64,000 bases of DNA from Bacteroidaceae bacterium (GTDB lineage Bacteria; Bacteroidota; Bacteroidia; Bacteroidales; Bacteroidaceae), in contig CAVJPC010000118.1 of NCBI GenBank assembly GCA_963651205.1, forward strand, positions 1,756 through 65,755. The letters are read 5' to 3'. Of the stretch, positions 9,594 through 21,584 are shown piece by piece. A program made the translations under genes and the position numbers. Each line of letters opens with the position of its first letter. Position 1 is the first letter of the stretch. The notes under the pieces are model-generated. The model was given only the letters and a program-made list of their open reading frames with translations, ran no database searches and was not told the origin of the DNA.

Positions 9594-11465
9594 TTATTTC
9601 TTTCCTTTGTTCATTCTTTCCTGTTGCAGGCGTTCCTGTTCTTTTTGCAGGGCTTCCAATTTGGACATCAGTCCGCCACTGTTAGGTTTGCCGCCATTCT
9701 TCTGCTTCTTCTTTTCTTTCCGGGCTTCCAGCATGGCAAGAAGTTTCTTTTCATCGGTAGTCTTGCGCAGGATCACCATGGTAAGGATACCGATCAGTCC
9801 GGAAATGAAGTAATAGTAATTCAAACCGGAAGAGTAACCGTTGAAGATGAAGATAAACATGACCGGCATAATGTACATCATCAGTTTCATACCCGGCATC
9901 TGCTGCTGGCCCATATCCTGCTGTTTCATGGTATACATGGTGTTCAGAATATTGGTGATACTGAACAACAGACAGAACAGGCTCAGGTGGTTGCCCAGTA
10001 AAGGAATAGTGGTACTCCAGTGAAAGATATCGTCATAAGTAGACAAGTCCGGAGCCCATAAGAAACTTTGCTGGCGCAATTCGATGGCATTCGGCACAAA
10101 GAAGAATAACGCCATGAATACAGGCATCTGTATCAACATGGGCAGACAGCCTCCCATAGGGCTGACTCCATATTTGCTGTAGAGCGCCATCGTTTCCTGC
10201 TGTTTCTTCAGCGCATCCTCTTTCTTGGGATATTTCGCGTTGATTTCGTTGATGTACGGTTTCAAAACGCGCATCTTGGCAGAGGACATATAGGATTTGT
10301 AGGTAGCCGGATAAACCAACACTTTGACTATGATGGTCATCAACAGCAATACCACACCCATGCTCAGACCCCAACCTGAGAGCCAGTCGAACAAGTTGAT
10401 GGTAAACCAACGGTTGATCCAGCGGATTACCGGCCAGCCCAGATAAACCAGGTCTTCCAGTTCCAGATCTTTTTGAGAAAGGCTCAGATCATTGCTGTTC
10501 AGCAAGGTCTTGAAGTGGTTCGGACCGAAATAGAACTGCATATTGGTAGACTGCTTTCCCGTAGGATCAAAGAAAGTGGTCATGTCTGCGGTATAATTCT
10601 TCATGTATCCGCTTCCTTCCTGCTGGGGGGTGGAAGTCAAAGAGGCTTTGTCAAAGTCCTGATCGGCGATAAGTACGCTTGAGAAGAACTGGTTCTTGAA
10701 AGCGACCCAGTCCAGCCGATTGGCTACCTCTTCTTTGGCATCTTTCATTTCGCTCAGGTAGTCCGAACTTTTTCCGGCAGGCTTGTAGGTGAGCGAAGTA
10801 TAGCGCTGCTCAAAGCTGAATCCTTTTTCCAGCTGACGCGCACGCTGATGCCAGTTGATATTGACTGTGTTCAGGGCAGGCGGGAAAAAGTTCTGCATGC
10901 CGTTTGCGCGGATGGTGAAGTTCACCATATAGGCATCCCGCAGCAATTGGTAATCAAAATCAATATAGCCGCCGTTGCCGGCTGCCAGACGCATGGTTAC
11001 AGTGCTGTCGGTGACATTGACAGGTTGGAAATACATATCCTCGGTCAGGATGTTTTCACTTTTTCCTTCGAAAGCGAAATTCATCCCTGAGTCCTTTTCG
11101 TCAAACAACATCAAGGGTTTGCCATCCTGTCCGTTGTAATCTTTCAGTGTAGCTGCGTATACGCGGCCGCCCTTGTTGGTGAAAGTCAGTTTTACTACGT
11201 TATTTTCCAGTGTCGTTAGCTGTTCCGTACCTTGGCTCGCGCCATAGAACATGGAGGCGGAATCCAGATGCAACGTCGTTGCGCTCTGGCTTGGTGTCGT
11301 GGCAGTCTGTGCCTGTCGCTCGGCCTCTTTCTGGGCTATCGCCTGAATGGAATCCTGATAGTGTCTGGCACGTGTCATTTCTTCCTGGCTGGGTCGGTTG
11401 TAGATGCTGAAGCCTATTACAACTGCGCCAATCAGGGCGAATCCCACTAAAGTGTTTTTGTCCAT
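9594..11465 (-). CDS. yidC: Membrane protein insertase YidC
   Basis: MDKNTLVG start, YFGP, GGCLPMLIQMPVF, LWAPDLS. Confidence 0.96.
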   Translation of the reverse strand: MDKNTLVGFALIGAVVIGFSIYNRPSQEEMTRARHYQDSIQAIAQKEAERQAQTATTPSQSATTLHLDSASMFYGASQGTEQLTTLENNVVKLTFTNKGGRVYAATLKDYNGQDGKPLMLFDEKDSGMNFAFEGKSENILTEDMYFQPVNVTDSTVTMRLAAGNGGYIDFDYQLLRDAYMVNFTIRANGMQNFFPPALNTVNINWHQRARQLEKGFSFEQRYTSLTYKPAGKSSDYLSEMKDAKEEVANRLDWVAFKNQFFSSVLIADQDFDKASLTSTPQQEGSGYMKNYTADMTTFFDPTGKQSTNMQFYFGPNHFKTLLNSNDLSLSQKDLELEDLVYLGWPVIRWINRWFTINLFDWLSGWGLSMGVVLLLMTIIVKVLVYPATYKSYMSSAKMRVLKPYINEINAKYPKKEDALKKQQETMALYSKYGVSPMGGCLPMLIQMPVFMALFFFVPNAIELRQQSFLWAPDLSTYDDIFHWSTTIPLLGNHLSLFCLLFSITNILNTMYTMKQQDMGQQQMPGMKLMMYIMPVMFIFIFNGYSSGLNYYYFISGLIGILTMVILRKTTDEKKLLAMLEARKEKKKQKNGGKPNSGGLMSKLEALQKEQERLQQERMNKGKK

Positions 11466-11507
11466 TTTTACTTGTTTACCTTATTATATATTATAATTCT
11501 CGTTTTT

Positions 11508-13109
<1,602 letters not shown>

Positions 13110-13315
13110 TTAATATTTTTAATTGTTATTTTCTTAATTATCAAGATCGCCATATTTATCAAAGTTGCAAAATTACAAAATCTTTTTCAATATCGTCGGA
13201 TATGCTTTAAAAAATCATTTGATGATACTGAAATTATCATTCGTTATTATATAAAGGAAACAGTTTTTTGGGAAAAGAAAAATTAAGTGTATTTTTGCAC
13301 AAAACTAAAAATAGT

Positions 13316-14707
13316 ATGAGAAAAAGTGTATGTTTGACTATAGTGCTTGCTATGTTTTGCCTGGGGGCATCGGCACAGAAAGTAACCAAAACAAAGGAGG
13401 ATCCGGTTGTGCAGGCTTTTACTGATTCATTGTCAGCTTTGAGCGCATCTTATTTTGCCTATTTCAGAATGTGGGAGGATTTGAACATCCCGGCACCGCG
13501 ACGGGTACGGCCTAATCCGGCTTTTTATAAACTGTTCGTTCCGCCTACTTACTACGAGGCACCGATAAAACAGATTTTCGAAATAAAGTGGAATCCTGAG
13601 ATGAAGACCATGACGGCTGTCGATTCACTGTATATGGGAAAACGTGATTCGGTTTCCACTACGGTATATCAGTTGCGGAATTTGGAAACTCTGGCTGCGG
13701 CAGACCGCTGGTCAAATAATATATTAAGGAATTATTATTTGAAGTATCCGGGCAGACTGGTGAACAACGAACTTTATATGGCAGATTTGAAGCCGTTGGA
13801 AGACGATCAGATTGTAAAAAGGCCCAGAAAGGAAAAAATCAAAAGTTTCCTTCAACCGGAAGCTCCTGTAGAAAGTCTGACTACCGAAAATGAATTAGTG
13901 GTGGTGCGTCCTAATTTCTGGACTCACAAGGGAAATGGTTATTTGCAGTTCACACAACATTATATCTCCGATAACTGGTATAAGGGTGGTGAAAGCACCA
14001 ATGCTTTATTGTCCGGTTTGGTACTGGAAGCAAATTTTGATGACCGCCAGCGTATAGAGTTCGAAAACAAGCTGGAAATAAAATTGGGCTTTGTTACAGC
14101 GCCGTCAGATACGGTACATAAATATAAGACGAATGCCGACTTGTTCCGTTTGAGCAGCAAACTGGGTGTGAAAGCGTTCAAGAATTGGTATTATACTTTG
14201 GCAGGCGAGTTCAAGACTCAGTTCTTTGGGAATTATAAGACCAATACCAATGACATGATTTCTAATTTTATGTCTCCTGCCCAGTTGGATATAACGCTCG
14301 GTATGGACTTTAAGCAGAATAAAAAGAATTATTCATTGTCTCTGCTGGGATCTCCGTTGGCTTATACCTTTATGTATATCGGCAATGATAAGATTCTTGA
14401 TCCGGGCGCTTTCAATGTGGACCCCGGACATAGGACGGCGAATCTCTTTGGTTCTAAATTCACTGGAAACTTGACCTGGAAAATTATTCCCAGCATCGTA
14501 TGGGAGTCCAAACTGGAATACTTTACTACTTATGATACGGTAATTGCCAGTTGGGAAAATACATTCAATTTCGTGTTGAACCGCTATTTGTCTACCAAGT
14601 TGTTTGTACATGCGCGTTATGATGACGGCGTGAAGCTGACGGAAGATAACAAGAGCTATTTCCAGTTGCAGGAATTACTTAGCTTCGGTTTGAATTATAC
14701 TTGGTAA
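13316..14707 (+). CDS. DUF3078-like outer-membrane beta-barrel protein
   Basis: Signal peptide; SDNWYKGGES motif; C-terminal LSFGLNYTW barrel signature. Confidence 0.75.
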   Translation: MRKSVCLTIVLAMFCLGASAQKVTKTKEDPVVQAFTDSLSALSASYFAYFRMWEDLNIPAPRRVRPNPAFYKLFVPPTYYEAPIKQIFEIKWNPEMKTMTAVDSLYMGKRDSVSTTVYQLRNLETLAAADRWSNNILRNYYLKYPGRLVNNELYMADLKPLEDDQIVKRPRKEKIKSFLQPEAPVESLTTENELVVVRPNFWTHKGNGYLQFTQHYISDNWYKGGESTNALLSGLVLEANFDDRQRIEFENKLEIKLGFVTAPSDTVHKYKTNADLFRLSSKLGVKAFKNWYYTLAGEFKTQFFGNYKTNTNDMISNFMSPAQLDITLGMDFKQNKKNYSLSLLGSPLAYTFMYIGNDKILDPGAFNVDPGHRTANLFGSKFTGNLTWKIIPSIVWESKLEYFTTYDTVIASWENTFNFVLNRYLSTKLFVHARYDDGVKLTEDNKSYFQLQELLSFGLNYTW

Positions 14708-14752
14708 ATGGGAGTCTTTACGGTGAACACCGTATAGAATAAAAAGAATCAC

Positions 14753-14801
14753 ATAAACACGGATGCCGCAGAAATTTAATTTCTGCGGCATCCGTGTTTA
14801 T
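14753..14801. terminator. Perfect palindrome with 24-bp arms between convergent genes, probable bidirectional terminator
   Basis: ATAAACACGGATGCCGCAGAAATT-T-AATTTCTGCGGCATCCGTGTTTAT. Confidence 0.65.
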
Positions 14802-14813
14802 ATTGCAACATAA

Positions 14814-15012
14814 GGATTCAATTTCACAGCCGTTAAGTTATGTAACTAGGGAATTCATCCACTGTAGGGGCGCATTGAATGCGCCCGATAACCCTCCGAA
14901 AGGTGTATTTGTGGATGCATTACTCCCAAGGTCGTGACCGATGGTTCGGGCGGAAGCATTCCGCCCCTACAGTGGGTGGAAACGTCATTTGCAGCTTGGG
15001 TTTGGCAGCATG
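14814..15012. mobile_element. REP cluster 1: REP doublet inside degenerate IS231-like ends (decayed MITE)
   Basis: REPs 14864-14886 and 14948-14970 in inverted orientation; left end CACAGCCGTTAAGTTATG 14825-14842; right side aligns with 43321-43357. Confidence 0.7.
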
Positions 15013-15050
15013 GAGACTACTGGTAAGGTTTTTCACGCACCCTTTTTCCT

Positions 15051-16139
15051 TTATTTATGTTCACCCAGCAGTGTCTGTACAATTCTTTCGGCCGCGCGTC
15101 CGTCCCAGCGTTCCGGCAAATGACCTTCCTGCCATTCTCCTTTATTCAGCACATCAAGTGCCTCTGCCAATGCCTCAGGATCTTCCCCAACCAATCGGTT
15201 CGTGCCGATAGTCACCGTTTCAGGATGTTCTGCATACGTATTTAATGTTATGCAGGGAATGCCTAGAAAAGTAGCTTCTTCTGCCACATTGCCCGAATCA
15301 GTAATAATGGCTTGTGCATGATTCACCAGATAGCCGAATGCCAGATAGGGTTGTGGTGGCAAAACACATAATCTTTCGGAAGCGATGCCCAGTGTAGCAA
15401 GTTTATTTTTCACATACGTATGGAGTGGTGCTACAATCGGCTTGTCTGTTTTCTTCAGAATTGTTTCGAAGATAGCCTTCAGTGCTGCGTCATTATTCAG
15501 CAATGCATGCCGGTTCAGCGTCAGCAAGAAATATTCTTTTTCTTTCAATCCCATAATGGAGAATGCCACAGGGCGCTGCAAACGGGCGCGATTATACCGC
15601 AAAGTATCAATCAGGATGTTTCCTACGAAATGCACATGCGCCTGTTCGGTTCCCGTTTGATTCAGATTGCGGTTAGCCACCATCCCGGCTGTAAACAGGT
15701 AATCGGACAAACCGTCTGTTATCATTCTATTTACTTCCTTCGGCATATCCATATCAAAGGAACGGGTCCCGGCTACCAGATGAGCTACCTTTATACCTTT
15801 TTTCTTCGCCACAATAGAGCACGCCATAGTAGGAGTAAGGTCGTCTACTACAAGCACTGTCTGTGCAGGATGATGTTCCAACTCGCGGGCAAAAGCGACC
15901 AGAATACCTGCCATCCGCTGAAAGAAGTCTGTATCATCTACATGCAGATATACATCGGGACGCGGCATATCTAAATCTGTAAACAAAGAAGGCTCCAAAC
16001 TCTTATCTTCGTCCGAACCTGTATAGACCAGACGGGCAGTGATGTTTTTTCCTGCTGCCTTTGCAGCCTTGATAGCACGCATTAATGGGGCAATTTTCAT
16101 GAAATTGGGGCGTGCACCTGCGATAATTGTTATTTTCAT
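15051..16139 (-). CDS. UDP-N-acetylglucosamine 2-epimerase (WecB)-like protein, divergent
   Basis: GARPNFMKIAP, VGNILID, TDSG motifs; several catalytic motifs altered (see findings). Confidence 0.8.
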   Translation of the reverse strand: MKITIIAGARPNFMKIAPLMRAIKAAKAAGKNITARLVYTGSDEDKSLEPSLFTDLDMPRPDVYLHVDDTDFFQRMAGILVAFARELEHHPAQTVLVVDDLTPTMACSIVAKKKGIKVAHLVAGTRSFDMDMPKEVNRMITDGLSDYLFTAGMVANRNLNQTGTEQAHVHFVGNILIDTLRYNRARLQRPVAFSIMGLKEKEYFLLTLNRHALLNNDAALKAIFETILKKTDKPIVAPLHTYVKNKLATLGIASERLCVLPPQPYLAFGYLVNHAQAIITDSGNVAEEATFLGIPCITLNTYAEHPETVTIGTNRLVGEDPEALAEALDVLNKGEWQEGHLPERWDGRAAERIVQTLLGEHK

Positions 16140-16222
16140 CTTACTTTAAGCTATTTTCAGAACACAAAAATACATTTTCTTATCGAATTTATTCGTTACT
16201 TTGCAGACAAATAACAACCATT

Positions 16223-16831
16223 ATGCCAACATTTGTTCAAGTTTTAGATTTTATAGGCACGTTTGCCTTTGCCATCAGTGGTATCAGATTGGCGTCTGCC
16301 AAACAGTTTGACTGGTTTGGGGCTTATGTAGTAGGTATGGCAACTGCCATCGGGGGAGGTACTATCCGTGATGTCCTGCTGGATGTGACTCCGGGCTGGA
16401 TGACCGATCCCATTTATTTGATATGTACAGGACTGGCGTTGTTTTGGGTAATCGCTTTCGGCAAATACCTGATCCATATGCACAACACTTTTTTCCTGTT
16501 CGACAGTATCGGTCTTGCACTGTTTACCGTGGTAGGTGTAGGTAAAAGCATTGCCCTTGGTTATCCTTTTTGGGTGGCTATTATCATGGGAAGTATCACC
16601 GGAGCGGCCGGTGGTGTGCTCCGCGATGTTTTTATTAATGAAATTCCGCTTATTTTTCGTAAAGAAATTTATGCAATGGCTTGTGTTGTGGGGGGGCTGG
16701 CTTACTGGATATGTGATTTATTCGGCCTTGAACCCTTTATTTGCCAGATAGTGGGGGGAAGCACAGTTTTTCTAACACGTATTTTAGCTGTTAAATATAG
16801 CATCTGTTTACCTATTTTAAAGGGAGAATAG
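16223..16831 (+). CDS. TRIC channel / UPF0126 (YadS-like) membrane protein
   Basis: Duplicated GTFAFAISG...AIGGGTIRD and GAAGGVLRD repeats; EIYA. Confidence 0.88.
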   Translation: MPTFVQVLDFIGTFAFAISGIRLASAKQFDWFGAYVVGMATAIGGGTIRDVLLDVTPGWMTDPIYLICTGLALFWVIAFGKYLIHMHNTFFLFDSIGLALFTVVGVGKSIALGYPFWVAIIMGSITGAAGGVLRDVFINEIPLIFRKEIYAMACVVGGLAYWICDLFGLEPFICQIVGGSTVFLTRILAVKYSICLPILKGE

Positions 16832-16994
16832 TATCAAACAGCACCTAAAATCTATCAAAACAGGGGGTAAAAACTGATAATTAGCGGTTTTTACCCCCTA
16901 TTTTGATAGATTTTCCTTTGGTGTCCGTTCAAAATGCATTATCCTTGCAGCACGAGAGCATGGAAAAAGAATATAAACCTAAACTGAAAGACTT

Positions 16995-17498
16995 ATGAAT
17001 AGCGTTAGTTTTAAAAAGAACCTGCTGGGTGTGCAAGAAGAATTACTTCGTTTCGCATACAAACTCACTGCCGACCGTGAAGAGGCTAATGACCTGCTGC
17101 AAGAAACATCATTGAAAGCATTGGATAACGAAGACAAGTATATCCCGGACACTAATTTTAAGGGATGGATGTACACCATTATGCGTAATATTTTCATCAA
17201 TAATTATCGTAAAATAGTACGTGACCAAACATTTGTAGATCACACAGACAATCTCTACCATTTAAGCTTGCCGCAAGACTCTGGCTTTGACAGTACGGAG
17301 GGAGCCTACGACATGAAGGAAATCCATCGTGTAGTGGGGCTGCTTCCCAAAGAGTATCGCATTCCGTTCGCCATGCATGTTTCGGGATTCAAATATCGCG
17401 AGATTGCGGAGAAATTGGGATTACCGCTAGGGACAGTAAAGAGCCGCATTTTCTTTACCAGACAACGCTTACAGGGACAACTCCGTGATTTCGTATAA
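16995..17498 (+). CDS. ECF-type RNA polymerase sigma factor
   Basis: ANDLLQET, FKGWMYTIMRN, GFKYREIAEKLGLPLGTVKSRI. Confidence 0.93.
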   Translation: MNSVSFKKNLLGVQEELLRFAYKLTADREEANDLLQETSLKALDNEDKYIPDTNFKGWMYTIMRNIFINNYRKIVRDQTFVDHTDNLYHLSLPQDSGFDSTEGAYDMKEIHRVVGLLPKEYRIPFAMHVSGFKYREIAEKLGLPLGTVKSRIFFTRQRLQGQLRDFV

Positions 17499-17687
17499 CA
17501 CAGAAGCAGGAACTATCAAAAAGGTAGGGTGAAATCTTCTCATCCTGCCTTTTCTTCTTGTATGGTTTGACAATATGATATTAAACATGTTTTTAGAGGG
17601 CAAAAAAGAGCTTGGAATATTAACTTTATTTTTATTCATTTGTTATATTTGCAGAAGGACAAGACACCTTTAAATCAAGTAATAATT

Positions 17688-19463
17688 ATGAAAAAAGAAA
17701 TCAAATTCAGTTTGGTCTACCGCGATATGTGGCAGTCATCAGGAAAGTACCAGCCCAGAGCTGATCAGTTAGCCAGAATTGCTCCTCTTATTATTGAAAT
17801 GGGTTGTTTTGCCCGTGTAGAAACCAATGGCGGTGCTTTTGAGCAGGTCAACTTGCTGTATGGTGAAAATCCCAACAAGGCAGTGCGCACCTTTACGAAG
17901 CCTTTACGCGAAGCGGGCATTCAGACTCATATGCTGGATCGCGGTTTGAATGCATTGCGAATGTATCCTGTTCCGGCCGATGTGCGTCGGTTGATGTACA
18001 AGGTAAAACATGCTCAAGGCGTGGATATCACCCGTATATTCTGCGGTTTGAATGAAGTCCGAAATATTATTCCTTCTATCAGATATGCCAAGGAAGCAGG
18101 AATGATTCCTCAGGCAACTCTTTGTATCACTTATTCTCCCGTACATACGGTGGAGTATTATTCTCATATAGCCGATCAGTTGATAGAGGCAGGTGCTCCC
18201 GAAATCTGTCTGAAAGATATGGCGGGCATCGGCCGGCCCGAAATGTTGGGGCAACTGGTGAAAAATATCAAAGATAAACATCCTGAGGTGATTGTGCAAT
18301 ATCATGGGCATACCGGTCCCGGATTGTCAATGGCATCTATTCTGGAGGTCTGCGAGAACGGTGCCGATATCATTGATGTAGCTATGGAACCATTGTCATG
18401 GGGAAAGGTACATCCTGATGTGATTTCCGTACAGGCCATGTTGAAGAATGCAGGCTTTCAGGTTCCTGAGATCAATATGAAGGCTTACATGAAAGCACGC
18501 AGCATGACACAGGAGTTTATTGATGACTTTCTGGGTTATTTTATTGACCCTACCAACAAACATATGTCTTCCTTGCTGCTGGGATGTGGGCTTCCGGGTG
18601 GCATGATGGGTTCTATGATGGCCGATCTGAAAGGGGTGCATTCGGGCATCAATCTGATTCTGAAAGGACAGGGCAAGGAGCCTATGAGTCTGGATGATTT
18701 GGTGGTGATGTTATTTGAAGAGGTGGAATATGTATGGCCGAAATTGGGGTATCCTCCATTAGTAACGCCATTCAGCCAATATGTGAAGAATGTGGCATTG
18801 ATGAATGTCATGCAGTTGGTGAAGGGAGAGGAGAGATGGACTATGATTGATAACCACACCTGGGATATGATTTTGGGCAAGAGTGGAAAGTTGCCCGGTG
18901 CATTAGCTCCCGAAATTGTCGAACTGGCCAAAAGCAAAGGTTACGAGTTTACAGACGAAGATCCTCAGGTAAACTATCCTGATGAACTGGAAAAATATCG
19001 TAAGGAGATGGATGAAAATGGCTGGGAATATGGTGAAGATGATGAAGAACTATTCGAACTGGCCATGCATGACCGTCAGTATCGTGACTATAAATCAGGT
19101 GTGGCCAAGAAGCGCTTTATGGATGACTTGCAACGTGCTAAAGATGCGGCAATGGCGAAAAGCGGCTTTGACGAGGAAACGATCCGAAAATACAAGCGTG
19201 CCAAGGCAGATCCTATCATCGCTCCGGATAAAGGGCAGATTTTATGGGAAGTTTCTGTGGAAGGCCCCTCTACAGCACCGTTTATAGGACGTAAATATCA
19301 GCATGACGAAGTGTTCTGTTATATTTCTACCCCATGGGGTGAATACGAAAAAATTCCTGCCAACTTTACAGGTCGTATCGTAGAGATTTGTGCCCAGCAG
19401 GGAGCTGTAGTCAATAAAGGTGATGTGATAGCTTATCTGGAAAGAACAGAGTTTTCAGCTTGA
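17688..19463 (+). CDS. Oxaloacetate decarboxylase alpha / pyruvate carboxylase subunit B-like carboxyltransferase
   Basis: RDMWQS, GGAFE, CLKDMAG, HGH, PGGM, LVTPFSQ; C-terminal biotinyl-like domain. Confidence 0.85.
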   Translation: MKKEIKFSLVYRDMWQSSGKYQPRADQLARIAPLIIEMGCFARVETNGGAFEQVNLLYGENPNKAVRTFTKPLREAGIQTHMLDRGLNALRMYPVPADVRRLMYKVKHAQGVDITRIFCGLNEVRNIIPSIRYAKEAGMIPQATLCITYSPVHTVEYYSHIADQLIEAGAPEICLKDMAGIGRPEMLGQLVKNIKDKHPEVIVQYHGHTGPGLSMASILEVCENGADIIDVAMEPLSWGKVHPDVISVQAMLKNAGFQVPEINMKAYMKARSMTQEFIDDFLGYFIDPTNKHMSSLLLGCGLPGGMMGSMMADLKGVHSGINLILKGQGKEPMSLDDLVVMLFEEVEYVWPKLGYPPLVTPFSQYVKNVALMNVMQLVKGEERWTMIDNHTWDMILGKSGKLPGALAPEIVELAKSKGYEFTDEDPQVNYPDELEKYRKEMDENGWEYGEDDEELFELAMHDRQYRDYKSGVAKKRFMDDLQRAKDAAMAKSGFDEETIRKYKRAKADPIIAPDKGQILWEVSVEGPSTAPFIGRKYQHDEVFCYISTPWGEYEKIPANFTGRIVEICAQQGAVVNKGDVIAYLERTEFSA

Positions 19464-19499
19464 TTTTGAAGATAAATATATAGCTTTTTATATCCATCA

Positions 19500-19806
19500 A
19501 TAGGGGCAGGGTCTGCCCCATAGCCGTCAAGCTAAGGAACACATCACCTGTAGGGGCGGAATGCTTCCACCCGAATACATCCACAAATACACTTTTCTGT
19601 ATGTATTCGGGCAGGTAAACCCTCCTATCCGTCAAGTTAAATTTCTTGGCGTTAAAACAGGACTGCGATTCATAGTCGTTAGTAACTTCATCCCCTCTTG
19701 AGACTACTCTTTCTACACATCGCGTTACCATTTGCTGTAGGGGCAGGGTCTGCCTGCCCGAATACGTAAAGCGAACCGTTTTCGGGCGGGCAAACCCCGC
19801 CCTTAC
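19500..19806. mobile_element. REP cluster 2 with two nested IS231-like ends and a ~98-bp shared cargo segment
   Basis: Truncated REP 19500-19518, end 19519-19536, REP 19550-19572, truncated REP 19609-19623, end 19624-19641, REP doublet 19737-19759 and 19784-19806. Confidence 0.8.
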
Positions 19807-19954
19807 AGCAAAATAATAGCGCTACTGGAAATGTTAAATAAGATGTATACGCCCCTACTATTATATTCCGGCGTTTTCTTTCTTTTAAAATTTGCCTTCC
19901 TCTGCTTATGTATTATCTTTGTTGCCATAGAAAAAGGTAAATAAATGGACGTAT

Positions 19955-20815
19955 ATGAAAAAGCTATATGTATGGCTGCTGGGAATGACTTTAGGGATAA
20001 TACCCTGTATTGCTTCAGCACCTGAAAACGACAGTATAAAAGTGGAAAATCTGCTTCAAAAGGCATCCCGATTGCCTGTTGACAGTAGCAGAGTATTGTT
20101 TTTTGCCCAAAATCTATTAGGCGTTCCCTATGTAGCGAATACATTGGACGAAACGGAAGAAGAAACCCTGATAGTACATTTGGACAAGGTGGATTGCACT
20201 ACATTCGTGGAAACAGTGCTTGCATTGAGTATCGCTGACAAAGAGGGGAAAAGTGATTTTGGAAGCTATAAAAAGGCGTTGCAATACATCCGTTATCGGG
20301 ATGGAAAGCAGAATGGCTATATCTCACGTTTGCATTACTTCAGTGATTGGATTAAGGATAATGAACAGAAAGGAATTGTGCATGAGCGTACAGGAGAACT
20401 CAGGCTTGCCACATCACAAGTATTGAATCTGGATTTTATGTCCACACATACCGACAGCTATCGCCAATTGAAAAATAATCCCTCGCTGATATTCCAAATG
20501 ACGGATATAGAGGGAAAATGGAAGAATGTTTCTATCTCTTATATTCCTAAAGCTTGTTTGGATGCTTCTCCTAAGGAATTAGGCATAAAGAATGGAGACA
20601 TCATAGCGATAACCACCCATATAAAAGGTTTGGATGTGGTACATACAGGATTTGCCTGTTGGGTGAACGGCAAATTGCACCTGCTACACGCTTCATCTGT
20701 CATGAAGAAAGTGATTCTGGATCCACAGACTCTATTTGATTACTCTAAAAATAAAAAAGCCCACACAGGCGTGCGGGTTATTTCTTTTTCTTTTTCGAGG
20801 AACTTTTCTTTATAG
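19955..20815 (+). CDS. DUF1460 / AmiA-type NlpC/P60 N-acetylmuramoyl-L-alanine amidase-like protein
   Basis: [38 protein letters not shown]. Confidence 0.85.
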   Translation: MKKLYVWLLGMTLGIIPCIASAPENDSIKVENLLQKASRLPVDSSRVLFFAQNLLGVPYVANTLDETEEETLIVHLDKVDCTTFVETVLALSIADKEGKSDFGSYKKALQYIRYRDGKQNGYISRLHYFSDWIKDNEQKGIVHERTGELRLATSQVLNLDFMSTHTDSYRQLKNNPSLIFQMTDIEGKWKNVSISYIPKACLDASPKELGIKNGDIIAITTHIKGLDVVHTGFACWVNGKLHLLHASSVMKKVILDPQTLFDYSKNKKAHTGVRVISFSFSRNFSL

Positions 20816-21509
20816 GGGGGACATCTTCTTTTGGTGGGAATGTTGGGACACACTTCATGAGATAAAGAATCTTCTTTTGCCGTTTAAACATATAATTGCT
20901 AGGCTTACCCGAATTGAATTTGCGGGGGTTGGGAAGGCTGGCTGCAATTAGTGCACATTCTCCGGGTGTCAGTTTGCCTGCATCCTTGTGAAAGTGTTCC
21001 CGGGCTACAGCTTCCGCACCATAGATGCCGTTTCCCATTTCTATAGAGTTCAGATAGACTTCCATAATCCGTTCCTTACTCCAGAATAATTCGATTAAAG
21101 TTGTGAAATAGACTTCAAGTCCTTTTCTGGTCCAGGAAGAGGCAGGCCACAGAAAAACATTTTTGGCCGTCTGTTGACTGATTGTACTCGCTCCTCGCGG
21201 GCGTTTCCTGCTTTTGTTTTCCTCCGCTGCTTTTTCTATTTCTTTGAAGTCAAATCCATTGTGCTCTGCAAAACGATTGTCTTCAGAGGCAATGACAGCC
21301 ATGGGCAGGTGGCGGGATATGTCCTCTTGGGGTATCCAAGTATGCTTCCACTTTATATCTTTACCATGAATAATCTGTTGGGTAGTTCGGATAAACATCA
21401 GTGGAGTAAAATAAACCGGAATGAAACGTAGTGCGATAACCGCGAGAATAGAAGAACCAAAGAAAAGGATCAGCAGATTTCGGATGAGTTTTAAAATCTT
21501 CTTTTTCAT
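20778..21509 (-). CDS. mtgA: Monofunctional peptidoglycan transglycosylase
   Basis: [43 protein letters not shown]. Confidence 0.95.
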   Translation of the reverse strand: MKKKILKLIRNLLILFFGSSILAVIALRFIPVYFTPLMFIRTTQQIIHGKDIKWKHTWIPQEDISRHLPMAVIASEDNRFAEHNGFDFKEIEKAAEENKSRKRPRGASTISQQTAKNVFLWPASSWTRKGLEVYFTTLIELFWSKERIMEVYLNSIEMGNGIYGAEAVAREHFHKDAGKLTPGECALIAASLPNPRKFNSGKPSNYMFKRQKKILYLMKCVPTFPPKEDVPPIKKSSSKKKKK

Positions 21510-21584
21510 GTTTGTGTACTAAAATCACCATAGGAATAAATTTATTCCTATGGTGATAGAATACTATCTAGACTATTGCTAGGG

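Noticed and set aside
21525..21557. Palindrome ATCACCATAGGAATAAATTTATTCCTATGGTGAT as a mobile element
   Set aside because: Single copy directly after the ompA stop codon; best explained as a terminator.
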